NCBI GenBank assembly: GCA_031370785.1
Contig: JANMQY010000108.1
Span: 1 to 16,686 of the forward strand
Direction: 5' to 3'
DNA: 16,686 nt
Origin: Candidatus Eiseniibacteriota bacterium
Lineage (GTDB): Bacteria; Eisenbacteria; RBG-16-71-46
Shown here: in pieces, positions 8,251 through 16,686 of the stretch
Layout of the letters: each line of letters opens with the position of its first letter
How positions within the stretch are numbered: the first letter of the stretch is position 1
Notes under the pieces: model-generated
The model's input: only the letters and a program-made list of their open reading frames with translations
Told to the model about the DNA's origin: nothing
Database searches by the model: none
Translations under genes and position numbers: made by a program

Positions 8251-8273
8251 GCCCGCCAGGGAGGCGGGCATTT
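8251..8273 (+). terminator. GC-rich hairpin with a short T tract (weak terminator, attenuator or 5' stabilising stem)
   Basis: GCCCGCC-AGGGA-GGCGGGC followed by ATTT and preceded by AAA. Confidence 0.3.
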
Positions 8274-8384
8274 CGCTCGAGGCGCAGCCCTGGCGCCGGG
8301 GCGGGGTGTGTCGTGGGCCCAAAGCAGCGCCGGCCGCGGCCGTCGCAGGTCGATCCTCCACCAGGAAGGTGCCGCCAGACTCGC

Positions 8385-10637
8385 GTGGCCTCATCCATTT
8401 CCGATAGACGACAACGCCAGATCCTCGCGCTCCTGCTCGGGGCTTTCGCCGTGCTTTCCCTGGCCAGCGTCGCGACGTTCGAAATCCCGCTGACCGGCCT
8501 CGCGCCGTGGTCGGGGAAGAACGCGTGCGGCCCGGTCGGCGCCGCGCTTGCCTTCGGTCTGGTGTGGACGTTCGGGCGCGTCGCGGCGTTCGGCGTGCCG
8601 CTGCTGGCGGCGACATGGTCGGGGAAGCTGGTTCGCGAGCGACCCGCCGGGCCGCTCGTGCTCAGCTCGCTGATCGGCGCGCTGCTGCTGTTCGAGATCT
8701 GCACGCTGCTCGGACTCGCCGGCGCGGAGCGCTGGCTGTGGACCGGGAGCTGGGGCTTCGCTGCCGCGCTTGCGATGCAATCGGCGCTCGGTGGCGTGGG
8801 CTCCTGGATCGTGGCCGGCGCGCTGTTCGGCGTGACCGCACTCGCGGCGAGCGAGCTGGGATTCCACTGGATCGGCCGCCTCGCGCACGGAACCGTCGTG
8901 CGCCCGCTGTCCGCGATCGGCGAGATGTTCGCCCGATTGAGCGCAGGCGAGGCCGAGGCGTCGAGGAAGCCAAGGATTCAGCGGGCGAGATCCGCGCGAC
9001 TGAATGGCGACGACTCGGTGGCAAAGAATGCGCAGGCGCCTCCGAAGGTCGAGATCGAGGCGGACGGTCAGACCCGCCTGCCGCTTCCCGGCCTCAAGAT
9101 CGAGCCCAGAGCGAAGCCGAAAGCCGCGAAGGCAGCGGCCGGCTCAGGGTCGGTGCCGACCGAAGCGTTCCCCTCGCTCAGTCTGCTCGCAATGCCGACC
9201 CAGCCTGAGGACCTGATCACCGCCGCCGACCTGACCGCAGAGGCGAACCTGCTCACCGCCAAGCTCGCCGACTTCGGCATCGAGGGACGGGTCACCGAGA
9301 TCCATCCCGGACCGGTCGTGACCACGTTCGAGTTTGCTCCGGCCGCCGGTGTCAAGGTCAACCAGATCGTCTCGCGCGAGGACGACCTTGCGCTCGCGCT
9401 GCGCGCCCAGCGCATCCGGATCCTCGCGCCCATCCCGGGCAAGGGCGCGGTCGGGGTCGAGATTCCGAACCGGCGCCGGCGTACGGTGTATCTTCGGGAG
9501 GTCCTCAGCTCGACCCAGTACGAGACCAGCGACGCGGCGCTCAAGGTGCCGCTCGGCGTCGACGTCGTGGGCCAGCCATTCGTCGCGGATCTGACGAAGA
9601 TGCCTCACGTGCTGGTGGCCGGCGCCACGGGCTCGGGAAAGAGCGTGTGCCTCAATGCCATCATCACCGGCCTGCTGTTTCAGCACGGCCCCGACACCCT
9701 GCGCATGGTGATGGTGGATCCCAAGATGCTCGAGCTTTCTGCATACAACGGCATTCCGCACCTGGTCATGCCGGTGGTGACCGAGGCCAAGCGCGCCAGT
9801 CGTGCGCTGCGCTGGGCGGTCTCCGAGATGGAGAAGCGCTACAAGCTCATGGCGACGTGCGGCGCGAGGAACATCGCGGCCTACAACGAAAAGGTGGCGG
9901 CCGGACTGGTGCCGACCGTGCCGGTTGCGGGCGGGGGCGAGCCGCCGGCGCCCGAGCGTCTCTCGTACGTGGTGGTGATGATCGATGAGCTCGCCGATCT
10001 CATGCTGACCGCGCCCGCCGAGATCGAGGAGCCGATCGCAAGGCTCGCTCAGATGGCGCGCGCGGTCGGCATCCATCTGGTGCTTGCGACCCAGCGGCCC
10101 TCGGTCGACGTGATCACCGGCGTGATCAAGGCGAACTTTCCGTCGCGGATCGCCTTCCAGGTGGCGAGCAAGACCGACTCGCGCACCGTGCTCGACATGA
10201 ACGGCGCCGAGAATCTCCTCGGTCACGGCGACATGCTGTTCACGCCGGCCGGCAAGCCCGAGCCGTATCGCGTGCACGGCGCCTACATCAGCGAGGAGGA
10301 GACCGCGCGGGTGGTGGACTTCTGGCGCGCCAAGGCCAATCCCGCCGAACCGATCCCGCTCGCGACCGACGTCAGCCAGATGGACCGCGAGGAGGAGGCG
10401 GAGACCGCGGGAGGCGACTTCGACGACGATCTGATCCGCGAGGCCGCGCGCCTGGTCGTCAACCATCAGCAGGGCTCGACCTCGCTGCTCCAGCGCCGGC
10501 TCAAGGTCGGCTACTCGCGCGCGGGCCGGCTCATGGATCAGCTCGAGCAGCTCGGCGTGGTCGGACCGTTCCAGGGCAGCAAGGCGCGCGACGTGCTCGT
10601 GGATGAGCGCTGGCTCAACGAGCGGGGGTACGAGTGA
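8385..10637 (+). CDS. ftsK: DNA translocase FtsK
   Basis: N-terminal TM domain (NACGPVGA...FG), alpha domain GPVVTTFE...PIPGK.AVGVEIPN, Walker A AGATGSGKS, DPKMLELS, IDELADLM, LATQRPSVDVITG, gamma domain STSLLQRRLKVGYSRAGRL. GTG 8385 is preferred over ATG 8238, which overlaps the putative -10 box. Confidence 0.97.
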   Translation: MASSISDRRQRQILALLLGAFAVLSLASVATFEIPLTGLAPWSGKNACGPVGAALAFGLVWTFGRVAAFGVPLLAATWSGKLVRERPAGPLVLSSLIGALLLFEICTLLGLAGAERWLWTGSWGFAAALAMQSALGGVGSWIVAGALFGVTALAASELGFHWIGRLAHGTVVRPLSAIGEMFARLSAGEAEASRKPRIQRARSARLNGDDSVAKNAQAPPKVEIEADGQTRLPLPGLKIEPRAKPKAAKAAAGSGSVPTEAFPSLSLLAMPTQPEDLITAADLTAEANLLTAKLADFGIEGRVTEIHPGPVVTTFEFAPAAGVKVNQIVSREDDLALALRAQRIRILAPIPGKGAVGVEIPNRRRRTVYLREVLSSTQYETSDAALKVPLGVDVVGQPFVADLTKMPHVLVAGATGSGKSVCLNAIITGLLFQHGPDTLRMVMVDPKMLELSAYNGIPHLVMPVVTEAKRASRALRWAVSEMEKRYKLMATCGARNIAAYNEKVAAGLVPTVPVAGGGEPPAPERLSYVVVMIDELADLMLTAPAEIEEPIARLAQMARAVGIHLVLATQRPSVDVITGVIKANFPSRIAFQVASKTDSRTVLDMNGAENLLGHGDMLFTPAGKPEPYRVHGAYISEEETARVVDFWRAKANPAEPIPLATDVSQMDREEEAETAGGDFDDDLIREAARLVVNHQQGSTSLLQRRLKVGYSRAGRLMDQLEQLGVVGPFQGSKARDVLVDERWLNERGYE

Positions 10638-12145
10638 GCCGCGCTTCCCGGCCCACCGCCGGCCCGCGTCCGCCTGCCGGTGCCGGTCGCGCCGCGAAGC
10701 GACATGCCGGCGACGCCCGTCCCCGGCCCGCTTCGGCCGCGACTCGTCAGGCGCGCATGCCGACGCTGGCCTTCGTCACCCTCGGTTGCCCCAAGAACAC
10801 GGTGGATTCAGAGAACATGCTCGGCCTGATGGTCCAGGCGGGCTTTCGCACCGTCTCCGACGTTGGAGAGGCCGACATCGCGGTGGTGAACACCTGCGCG
10901 TTTCTGCAGAGCGCGGTGCGTGAATCGAAGGAGACCATCGCGCGCGTCGCCGAGTGCAAGCGCACCGGGCAGCTTCGCGGCCTGATCGTGGCCGGCTGCC
11001 TGGCGCAGCGCGCCGGGGACTCGCTGCTCGATGAATTCCCCGGGGTCGACGCAGTGCTCGGCACCGGCCAGTGGAAGGAAGTGGTGAGCGCGGCCCGCCA
11101 CATCCTCGCCGGGTCCGAAGAGCGCGTGGTCCGCACCGAGTTTCCGGGCGGCGCCCTCGACTCGCTCACCCCGCGCGCGCTGTCCACGCCACGCCACCTC
11201 GCCTATCTCAAGATCTCGGAGGGCTGCGATCACCGCTGCACGTTCTGCATCATTCCGCACCTGCGCGGCGACCAGAAGAGCCGTTCGATCGAGGACCTGG
11301 TGCGCGAGGCGGAACATCTGGTGAAGCAGGGCGTGCGCGAGCTCAACCTGATCGGGCAGGACACCACCGGCTACGGCACCGACCTGCCGGGCAAGCCGAC
11401 CCTCGCGGATCTGCTCGAAGCGCTCGATGCGGTCGCGGGCCTGACCTGGATCCGCGTCCAGTACACGTACCCGCGCCTGTGGGACGACCGCCTGATCGAG
11501 ACCTGGGCGCGCGCGAAGCGCGTGGTGCCTTACGTCGACATGCCGCTCCAGCACATCGCGCAGGACATGCTGCGCACCATGGCGCGGGCGATGACCGAGA
11601 CCGACACCCGCGCGCTGGTCCGGCGCATCAAGCGGGGCATTCCGGGAGTTGCGTTCCGCACCAACTTCATCGTCGGCTTCCCCGGCGAGACCGAAGAGCA
11701 CTTCGAAGCGCTGATGCGCTACGTCGAGGAGGAGCCGTTCGACAACCTGGTGGTGTTCGCGTACGAGCGCGAGCCCGAGACCCCCTCGTTCGCCATGACC
11801 CCGCGGGTCGCGCTGACCGAGCGGCGCACCCGGCGCGCGCGGCTGCTCGCGCTCCAGCAGCGCCTTTCCCGTGAGCGTCTCGCACGAAGGATCGGCGAGC
11901 GAGTGACGGTCATGATCGACGGTCCGACCGGAAGTCCGCGTGACAAGCGCGGCGGCTCCGGGCAGTATGCCGCCCGCACCGCGGGCTCCGCGTTCGAGGT
12001 CGACGGTGGCGTGGTGGTCGAGGGCCGGGATCTGGTCCCCGGATCCCTTGTGGAGGTTCGCGTCACCGGCAGTGCGGCCTACGATCTGTTCGCACGCGTG
12101 GAGCCCCGCGATCCGCGTCTCAACATCCTGAAAGGAACTCACTGA
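10634..12145 (+). CDS. rimO: Ribosomal protein S12 methylthiotransferase RimO
   Basis: TLGCPKNTVDSE, NTCAFL, GCLAQR, radical SAM AYLKISEGCDHRCTFC, YVDMPLQH, FIVGFPGETEE, C-terminal TRAM with EVDG. The GTG start overlaps the ftsK stop; ATG 10757 is an alternative start. Confidence 0.95.
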   Translation: MSRASRPTAGPRPPAGAGRAAKRHAGDARPRPASAATRQARMPTLAFVTLGCPKNTVDSENMLGLMVQAGFRTVSDVGEADIAVVNTCAFLQSAVRESKETIARVAECKRTGQLRGLIVAGCLAQRAGDSLLDEFPGVDAVLGTGQWKEVVSAARHILAGSEERVVRTEFPGGALDSLTPRALSTPRHLAYLKISEGCDHRCTFCIIPHLRGDQKSRSIEDLVREAEHLVKQGVRELNLIGQDTTGYGTDLPGKPTLADLLEALDAVAGLTWIRVQYTYPRLWDDRLIETWARAKRVVPYVDMPLQHIAQDMLRTMARAMTETDTRALVRRIKRGIPGVAFRTNFIVGFPGETEEHFEALMRYVEEEPFDNLVVFAYEREPETPSFAMTPRVALTERRTRRARLLALQQRLSRERLARRIGERVTVMIDGPTGSPRDKRGGSGQYAARTAGSAFEVDGGVVVEGRDLVPGSLVEVRVTGSAAYDLFARVEPRDPRLNILKGTH

Positions 12146-12888
12146 TGCGTCTGTGGCTCACGCTCACGGCGCTGGCGCTCTTGTGTCTCGCCTCCAGCGC
12201 CGAAGCGAAGAAGTTCCGCTATGCCAGCGGCCCGCGGCCCGCGGCCGACACGCTCGGCTGGGTCGCGGAGGGAAATCTCGAGCCGGTGGTCGGTTCGCGC
12301 CGGACGCGCGTGCCGCTCACCAATCTGCAGATCACGAGCCTGGTGGCCGACACCGCGTTCTCTCGCGCGCTGCGCTCGGCGCCGCTCGACAGCGGCCTGA
12401 CCGTCGTCGTGGCGCCGGCCGAGAGCCACCCGCTCAATTTCGTGGTCGAGCACGCCATCCTGCGCGACCTGTCGCGCCGCGGTGTGCGCGCAACCGTGCG
12501 ACGCTCGATCATTCCTGACGACAGCCTGCGCACCATGGGCGCGGCCGGAGAGCCGATCCTCGAATACCAGCTCGCCACCGCGCGCGTCACCTACCTTCGC
12601 CTGGTCGGCTACCTGCCGGGCCGGGTCAAGGTCGAGCGGCAGGCACTGGTCGAAGGCGGACTGACGCTGCGCGAGCCGGCGACCACATCGGTGCGCTGGG
12701 TCGCGGATGCCGGCTTCAATCTGGTGGATCGTTTTCCGCGCGCGCAGGCCTCGTTCGTCGAGGACGAAAGGTTCTCCGAGCTCAAGGGCAGGTTGCCGGA
12801 CCGGAACGCCGAGAAGGTGTTCGAGCCGGTGATCGTGGTCGCCGTGGTCGGCGGGCTGGTCGCCCTGTTCTTCCAGAATCGCCCGTGA
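12145..12888 (+). CDS. Hypothetical exported protein with N-terminal signal peptide and C-terminal membrane anchor
   Basis: MRLWLTLTALALLCLASSAEA signal and terminal VFEPVIVVAVVGGLVALFFQNRP. TGATG overlap with rimO, GTGA overlap with bamD, SD AAAGGA. Confidence 0.8.
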   Translation: MRLWLTLTALALLCLASSAEAKKFRYASGPRPAADTLGWVAEGNLEPVVGSRRTRVPLTNLQITSLVADTAFSRALRSAPLDSGLTVVVAPAESHPLNFVVEHAILRDLSRRGVRATVRRSIIPDDSLRTMGAAGEPILEYQLATARVTYLRLVGYLPGRVKVERQALVEGGLTLREPATTSVRWVADAGFNLVDRFPRAQASFVEDERFSELKGRLPDRNAEKVFEPVIVVAVVGGLVALFFQNRP

Positions 12889-13670
12889 CGGAACCGCGCC
12901 CGAAGTTCCGAAAGCCAGGCCTGCGTCTCGCGCCTGTTCTGCTCGCGCTGGCGGTACTCGCATCGCTCGCCGGATGCGGCGCGGGTGTCATGCCGCCGGT
13001 GCATTCCGAGACCGAGCGGCTCCAGCTCGCCCGGCAGATGGCCGCCAGGCGCAACTACTCCGACGCGGTCGAGTTGCTCAAGACCTTCATCGCCAACAAC
13101 GCGGGAAGCGCCGAAGTCGACCACGCGATCTACCTGCTGGGCGAGTGCTACGCGAACCAGAAGGAGTGGTCCTCGGCCGCGCTCGAATTCGAGCGCCTGA
13201 CCCGCGACTACCCGGAGAGCGATTCGGCGGGCTCGGCAGCGTTCCAGCTCGGAGCCGCGTACTTCGGCCAGTCGCGTCCTCCCGACTTTGAGCAGGAAAA
13301 CACCCTGCGTGCGCTGGGGCAGTGGGAGAACTACCTGCGCGACTACCCCGGGCACTGGCTGAACCCCGAGGCTCAACACCGCATCCAGCTCGCGCGCATG
13401 CGGCTCGCCGCCAAGCTGGTGCATGCGGGCGATCTGTACGTGAAGCTGCGCCTGCTCGAGCCGGCGCGCGTCTACTACCGGCGCGTCGAGAACGAGTACG
13501 GCGATACGCCGCAGGTCGGCGATGCGTGGGTCGGCTTCGCGATGTGCGATGCGCTCGAGAAGAAGAAGGACGCCGCGATCGAGCGGCTGAAGCAGGTCGA
13601 GAGCCGCTTTGCCGGCCGGCCGATCGCCGTCCGCGCCGCACGCGAGCGGGCTCGACTGCAGAAGACGTAG
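12885..13670 (+). CDS. bamD: Outer membrane protein assembly factor BamD (TPR lipoprotein)
   Basis: Lipobox LAGC, TPR helices, F..L..DYPES, SRPPDFEQENTLRAL..W..YL.DYP, RLAAKL..AG.LY, A..YY..V...Y.DT. Confidence 0.88.
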   Translation: MTEPRPKFRKPGLRLAPVLLALAVLASLAGCGAGVMPPVHSETERLQLARQMAARRNYSDAVELLKTFIANNAGSAEVDHAIYLLGECYANQKEWSSAALEFERLTRDYPESDSAGSAAFQLGAAYFGQSRPPDFEQENTLRALGQWENYLRDYPGHWLNPEAQHRIQLARMRLAAKLVHAGDLYVKLRLLEPARVYYRRVENEYGDTPQVGDAWVGFAMCDALEKKKDAAIERLKQVESRFAGRPIAVRAARERARLQKT

Positions 13671-13680
13671 AGGGCCGCGC

Positions 13681-14268
13681 ATGCGCCGCATCGGCCTGTT
13701 CGGCGGCACCTTCGATCCGCCGCACATCGGACACCTCGCGCTCGCCGAGTGGGCACGATCGCATCTCTCGCTCGAGCGCGTCGTCTTCATGCCCGCCGGC
13801 ACGCCGCCGCACAAGCTGCGCCGCGTCCTGACGCCGGTGCGTCACCGTCTGGCCATGACCCGGCTCGCGGTGCGCGGGAATCGCGCCTTCACGGTCTCGA
13901 CGCTCGAGGCGCGCCGCTCCGGCCCCTCGTTCACGGTGGACACGCTGGCCGCGCTCGCGCGCCTTCATCCCGGATCCCGTCTGTACCTGCTCATGGGCGC
14001 CGACAGCCTCGATGAGTTTTCGACCTGGCACGAACCGAAGCGCATCCTGAAGCTGGCCACGCTCGCCGTGGCGGCGCGCCCCGGCGCGCGCGCGCCGGGC
14101 CGGACGCGTTTGCCCGGCAAGGTGGTCTGGCTCGACAATCCGCGTCTGGAGATTTCCTCGAGCGTCCTGCGCGCCGAGCTGCGCGCGGGCCGGCCGGTGC
14201 GCTACCTCCTCGCCGATTCCGTGGAGCGTTACGCTAGGCGGCACCGGCTGTATCGGAGGGGGGCGTGA
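13681..14268 (+). CDS. nadD: Nicotinate-nucleotide adenylyltransferase
   Basis: RIGLFGGTFDPPHIGH, PPHK, GPSFTVDTL, LLMGADSL..F.TW, EISSS..R. Start ATG 13681. Confidence 0.96.
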   Translation: MRRIGLFGGTFDPPHIGHLALAEWARSHLSLERVVFMPAGTPPHKLRRVLTPVRHRLAMTRLAVRGNRAFTVSTLEARRSGPSFTVDTLAALARLHPGSRLYLLMGADSLDEFSTWHEPKRILKLATLAVAARPGARAPGRTRLPGKVVWLDNPRLEISSSVLRAELRAGRPVRYLLADSVERYARRHRLYRRGA

Positions 14269-14990
14269 ACTATCAGCCACGTGAGTTCTGGAACGACCGG
14301 CTGAGCCGCGATTTCGATCTGCGCGGCACCGGCGAAACCGGGATGTCGCTCGAATACAACCGGGCATGCTACGAGTTGCGGCGCGAGGTGCTGACCCGCG
14401 CGCTGGCCGCGGCTCGGGTCGATCCCGCCGCGCGACGCGTGCTCGACGCGGGCTGTGGCACCGGCTTCTTCACCGCGTACTATCTCGAGCGCGGCGCGCA
14501 GGTGACCGGGCTCGACATCGCGCCCGCTTCGATCGAGCGTCTGCGTGAGCGCCATCCCGAAGCGCGCTTCGTCCTCTCGGACGTGAGCGAGGCCGAGCTC
14601 GACGAACAATATGACCTGGTGAACGCGATGGACGTGCTCTGCCACATCACCGACGAGAGGCGCTGGCAGAGCGCGGTCACGAATCTCGCGCGCGCGGTCG
14701 CGCCCGGCGGCACCCTGCTCCTGACCGACACCTTTTCCGAGCTGCGCGCTCAGGCCTCGCACAACCGCATGCGCCCGCTCTCGGCCTACACTCCGCTGCT
14801 GCGTGCTGAGGGCGTCCTTCCGCTCTCGCTTCATCCGACTCACGTCCTGCTCAACCGCGAGCTCGGGCCCGCGCGCTTCCTCAACCGGGTCCCCGGGATG
14901 CTGCTCGCGGCCGATCGCGCGCTGCTCGCCTTCGGCTTCGGCATGGATCCGGCGGTGAGCAAGCTGCTGGTCGCGAAGCGCGGGCGCTGA
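14265..14990 (+). CDS. Class I SAM-dependent methyltransferase
   Basis: VLDAGCGTG, VTGLDIA, YDLVNAMDVLCHI, L...PGGTLLLTD. SD GGAGG and GTGA overlap with nadD. Confidence 0.88.
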   Translation: MNYQPREFWNDRLSRDFDLRGTGETGMSLEYNRACYELRREVLTRALAAARVDPAARRVLDAGCGTGFFTAYYLERGAQVTGLDIAPASIERLRERHPEARFVLSDVSEAELDEQYDLVNAMDVLCHITDERRWQSAVTNLARAVAPGGTLLLTDTFSELRAQASHNRMRPLSAYTPLLRAEGVLPLSLHPTHVLLNRELGPARFLNRVPGMLLAADRALLAFGFGMDPAVSKLLVAKRGR

Positions 14991-14999
14991 GGACCGGCC

Positions 15000-16686
15000 G
15001 TGGCGCGACTGTTCGTGCTCGACGCGATGGGGCTCGCCTATCGCGCGTACTACGCGTTCATCGCGCGCCCGCTCGTCAATTCGCGTGGCGAGAACACCTC
15101 GGCGCTGTTCGGCTTCGCCAGCACCGCGCTCAAGATCCGGCGCGAGGAGAAGCCCGACTACTGGGTGCTGGCGTGGGACGGGCCCGGCCCCACGTTCCGC
15201 CACGAGCGCTTTCCCGATTACAAGGCGCAGCGCAAGCCGATGCCCCAGGATCTGGTGGCTCAGATCGGGCCGCTCGAGGATCTGGCGCAGGCGCTGGGAC
15301 TGCCGGTGATCGAGATACCCGGCGTCGAGGCGGACGACGTGATGGCGACGCTCGCGGCGCGTGGTCGCGCCGCTGGTCACGAGGTCGTGCTGGTGACCGG
15401 CGACAAGGACATGCTGCAGGTGGTCGGCGACGGGGTGAAGGTGCTCACGCCGCGAAGCCGCGACGAGTACGAGTGGATCGACGCCGATGCGGTGCGCGCG
15501 AAGTGGGGAGTCGGCCCCGAAAACATCCGGGACATTCTCGCGTTGATGGGGGACACGAGCGACAACATCCCCGGCGTACCCGGAGTGGGCGAGAAGACCG
15601 CGGTCGAGCTGCTGAAACAGTTCGGCTCGCTCGAAGCGCTGTACCGGCGGCTCGACGAAGTGAAGAAGCCGGCGCTGAGGGCGAAGCTCGAGTCGAATCG
15701 CGAGCTGGCATTCCTGTCGCGCGACCTGGCCACCGTGCGTCCCGATCTCGACCTGCCCCATACCTGGGAGGATCTGCGCTGCGCGCCGATCCGCCGCGAT
15801 GCGCTGATGGCGTTCGCGAAGCGCTTCGAGATTCGCCGGCTCGAACAGGTGGCCGAAGCGCAGGGACTGATCGACGCCGACGCCGGCGCACTCGCGCCGG
15901 CGCGCAGCGCCGAGCGCCGCGGCACCGCCGCCGAGATGCCGGCCGAGGGAGTGAAGCTCGCGGGAGAGGCGCCTCGCGCCGCGGCCATGACGGGCACGGC
16001 GACGGGCACGCCCGCGCCGGTCGCCCCGACGCGTGTGGAATCCGCTCCGGTCGAGGCCGTGCCCAGGCCCTCGATGAGCATGCCATCACGCGAGGCGCTG
16101 GTGACTGCGGCGCGCGGGAACACGCGTTCCGTCGATCAGGGCACGCTCGACCTGTGGGCGAACGCCGGTGAGCCGGCGCTCACGGATGCGCCGGTGGGTT
16201 CGGGCGCGACATCCGAGGCCGCGCTGCACGCGGTGCGCGCCCGCTCGGTGCACGGGCTCGCGATCCTGCCCACCCTCGGCGGTGAAGACCCGCGGCGCTC
16301 TCCTCTGATCGGCATCGCGCTTGCGGCGCGCGACGGCACGGCGTGCTACGTGCCGCTCGCGCACGAGGGCGGAGGCAATCTCGCGCTCGAGCGCGCCCGC
16401 GAGTGGCTCGGGCCGGCGCTCGCCGACCCGACCGTCCCCAAGACCGGCTGGGATCTGAAGAGCGCCGCGCACGCGCTGGCCGCGGCCGGAATGCCGCTCG
16501 AGGGTCTGGCCTTCGACGTGCGCATCGGCTCGTTCCTGTGCGACCCGGAGCGCGACCACGCGCTCGAGGCGCTGGCGCGCGATCTGCTCGGCGAGGCGTT
16601 GCCGTCGCTCGAGGCTCCGCCACTGCGCGGCCGGCTGCGGCCGGGCTTCGCTTCGCTCTCGGCGGGCGCGGCCGGGGAAGCCGCTG
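15000..16686 (+). CDS. polA: DNA polymerase I, N-terminal part (5'-3' nuclease, long linker, degenerate 3'-5' exonuclease domain); runs off window
   Basis: Manual translation from GTG 15000 is open to the edge: MARLFVLDAMGLAYRAYYA, TFRHERFPDYKAQR, GVEADDV, VTGDKD, LMGDTSDNIPGVPGVGEKTA..LL.QFGSLE, LSRDLA, later LIGIALA...ACYVPLAH and FDV.IGSFL.DP. Confidence 0.95.
   Translation, partial: MARLFVLDAMGLAYRAYYAFIARPLVNSRGENTSALFGFASTALKIRREEKPDYWVLAWDGPGPTFRHERFPDYKAQRKPMPQDLVAQIGPLEDLAQALGLPVIEIPGVEADDVMATLAARGRAAGHEVVLVTGDKDMLQVVGDGVKVLTPRSRDEYEWIDADAVRAKWGVGPENIRDILALMGDTSDNIPGVPGVGEKTAVELLKQFGSLEALYRRLDEVKKPALRAKLESNRELAFLSRDLATVRPDLDLPHTWEDLRCAPIRRDALMAFAKRFEIRRLEQVAEAQGLIDADAGALAPARSAERRGTAAEMPAEGVKLAGEAPRAAAMTGTATGTPAPVAPTRVESAPVEAVPRPSMSMPSREALVTAARGNTRSVDQGTLDLWANAGEPALTDAPVGSGATSEAALHAVRARSVHGLAILPTLGGEDPRRSPLIGIALAARDGTACYVPLAHEGGGNLALERAREWLGPALADPTVPKTGWDLKSAAHALAAAGMPLEGLAFDVRIGSFLCDPERDHALEALARDLLGEALPSLEAPPLRGRLRPGFASLSAGAAGEAA

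Noticed and set aside
8238..8384. Extended FtsK N-terminus from ATG 8238
   Set aside because: The extension is low-complexity and Arg/Pro-rich, overlaps the promoter candidate and hairpin, and has no clear SD.

Overview
High-GC bacterial chromosome segment from a diderm organism. The secreted FG-GAP protein with a T9SS-type C-terminal domain suggests an FCB-associated lineage such as Ca. Eisenbacteria (inference). The minus strand carries the 5' part of a divergent-family membrane pyrophosphatase (hppA; missing from the ORF track) and a 1019-aa secreted protein with 14 FG-GAP repeats and visibly less GC-biased codons. Its upstream region holds a tRNA 3'-end-like fragment (possible att scar), a perfect TATAAT and several inverted repeats. 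The plus strand carries a signal-less, Cys-rich BtuF-like protein, a small SAM methyltransferase, a VLCAD-type acyl-CoA dehydrogenase, and a tightly coupled run ftsK-rimO-hypothetical-bamD-nadD-methyltransferase-polA (polA partial; missing from the ORF track). I see no complete RNA gene, CRISPR array, integrase or transposase, and no convincing complete novel system. The best leads are the 4090-4490 region with the FG-GAP gene, the orphan BtuF-like protein, the unknown gene coupled to bamD, and an unusual PolA.
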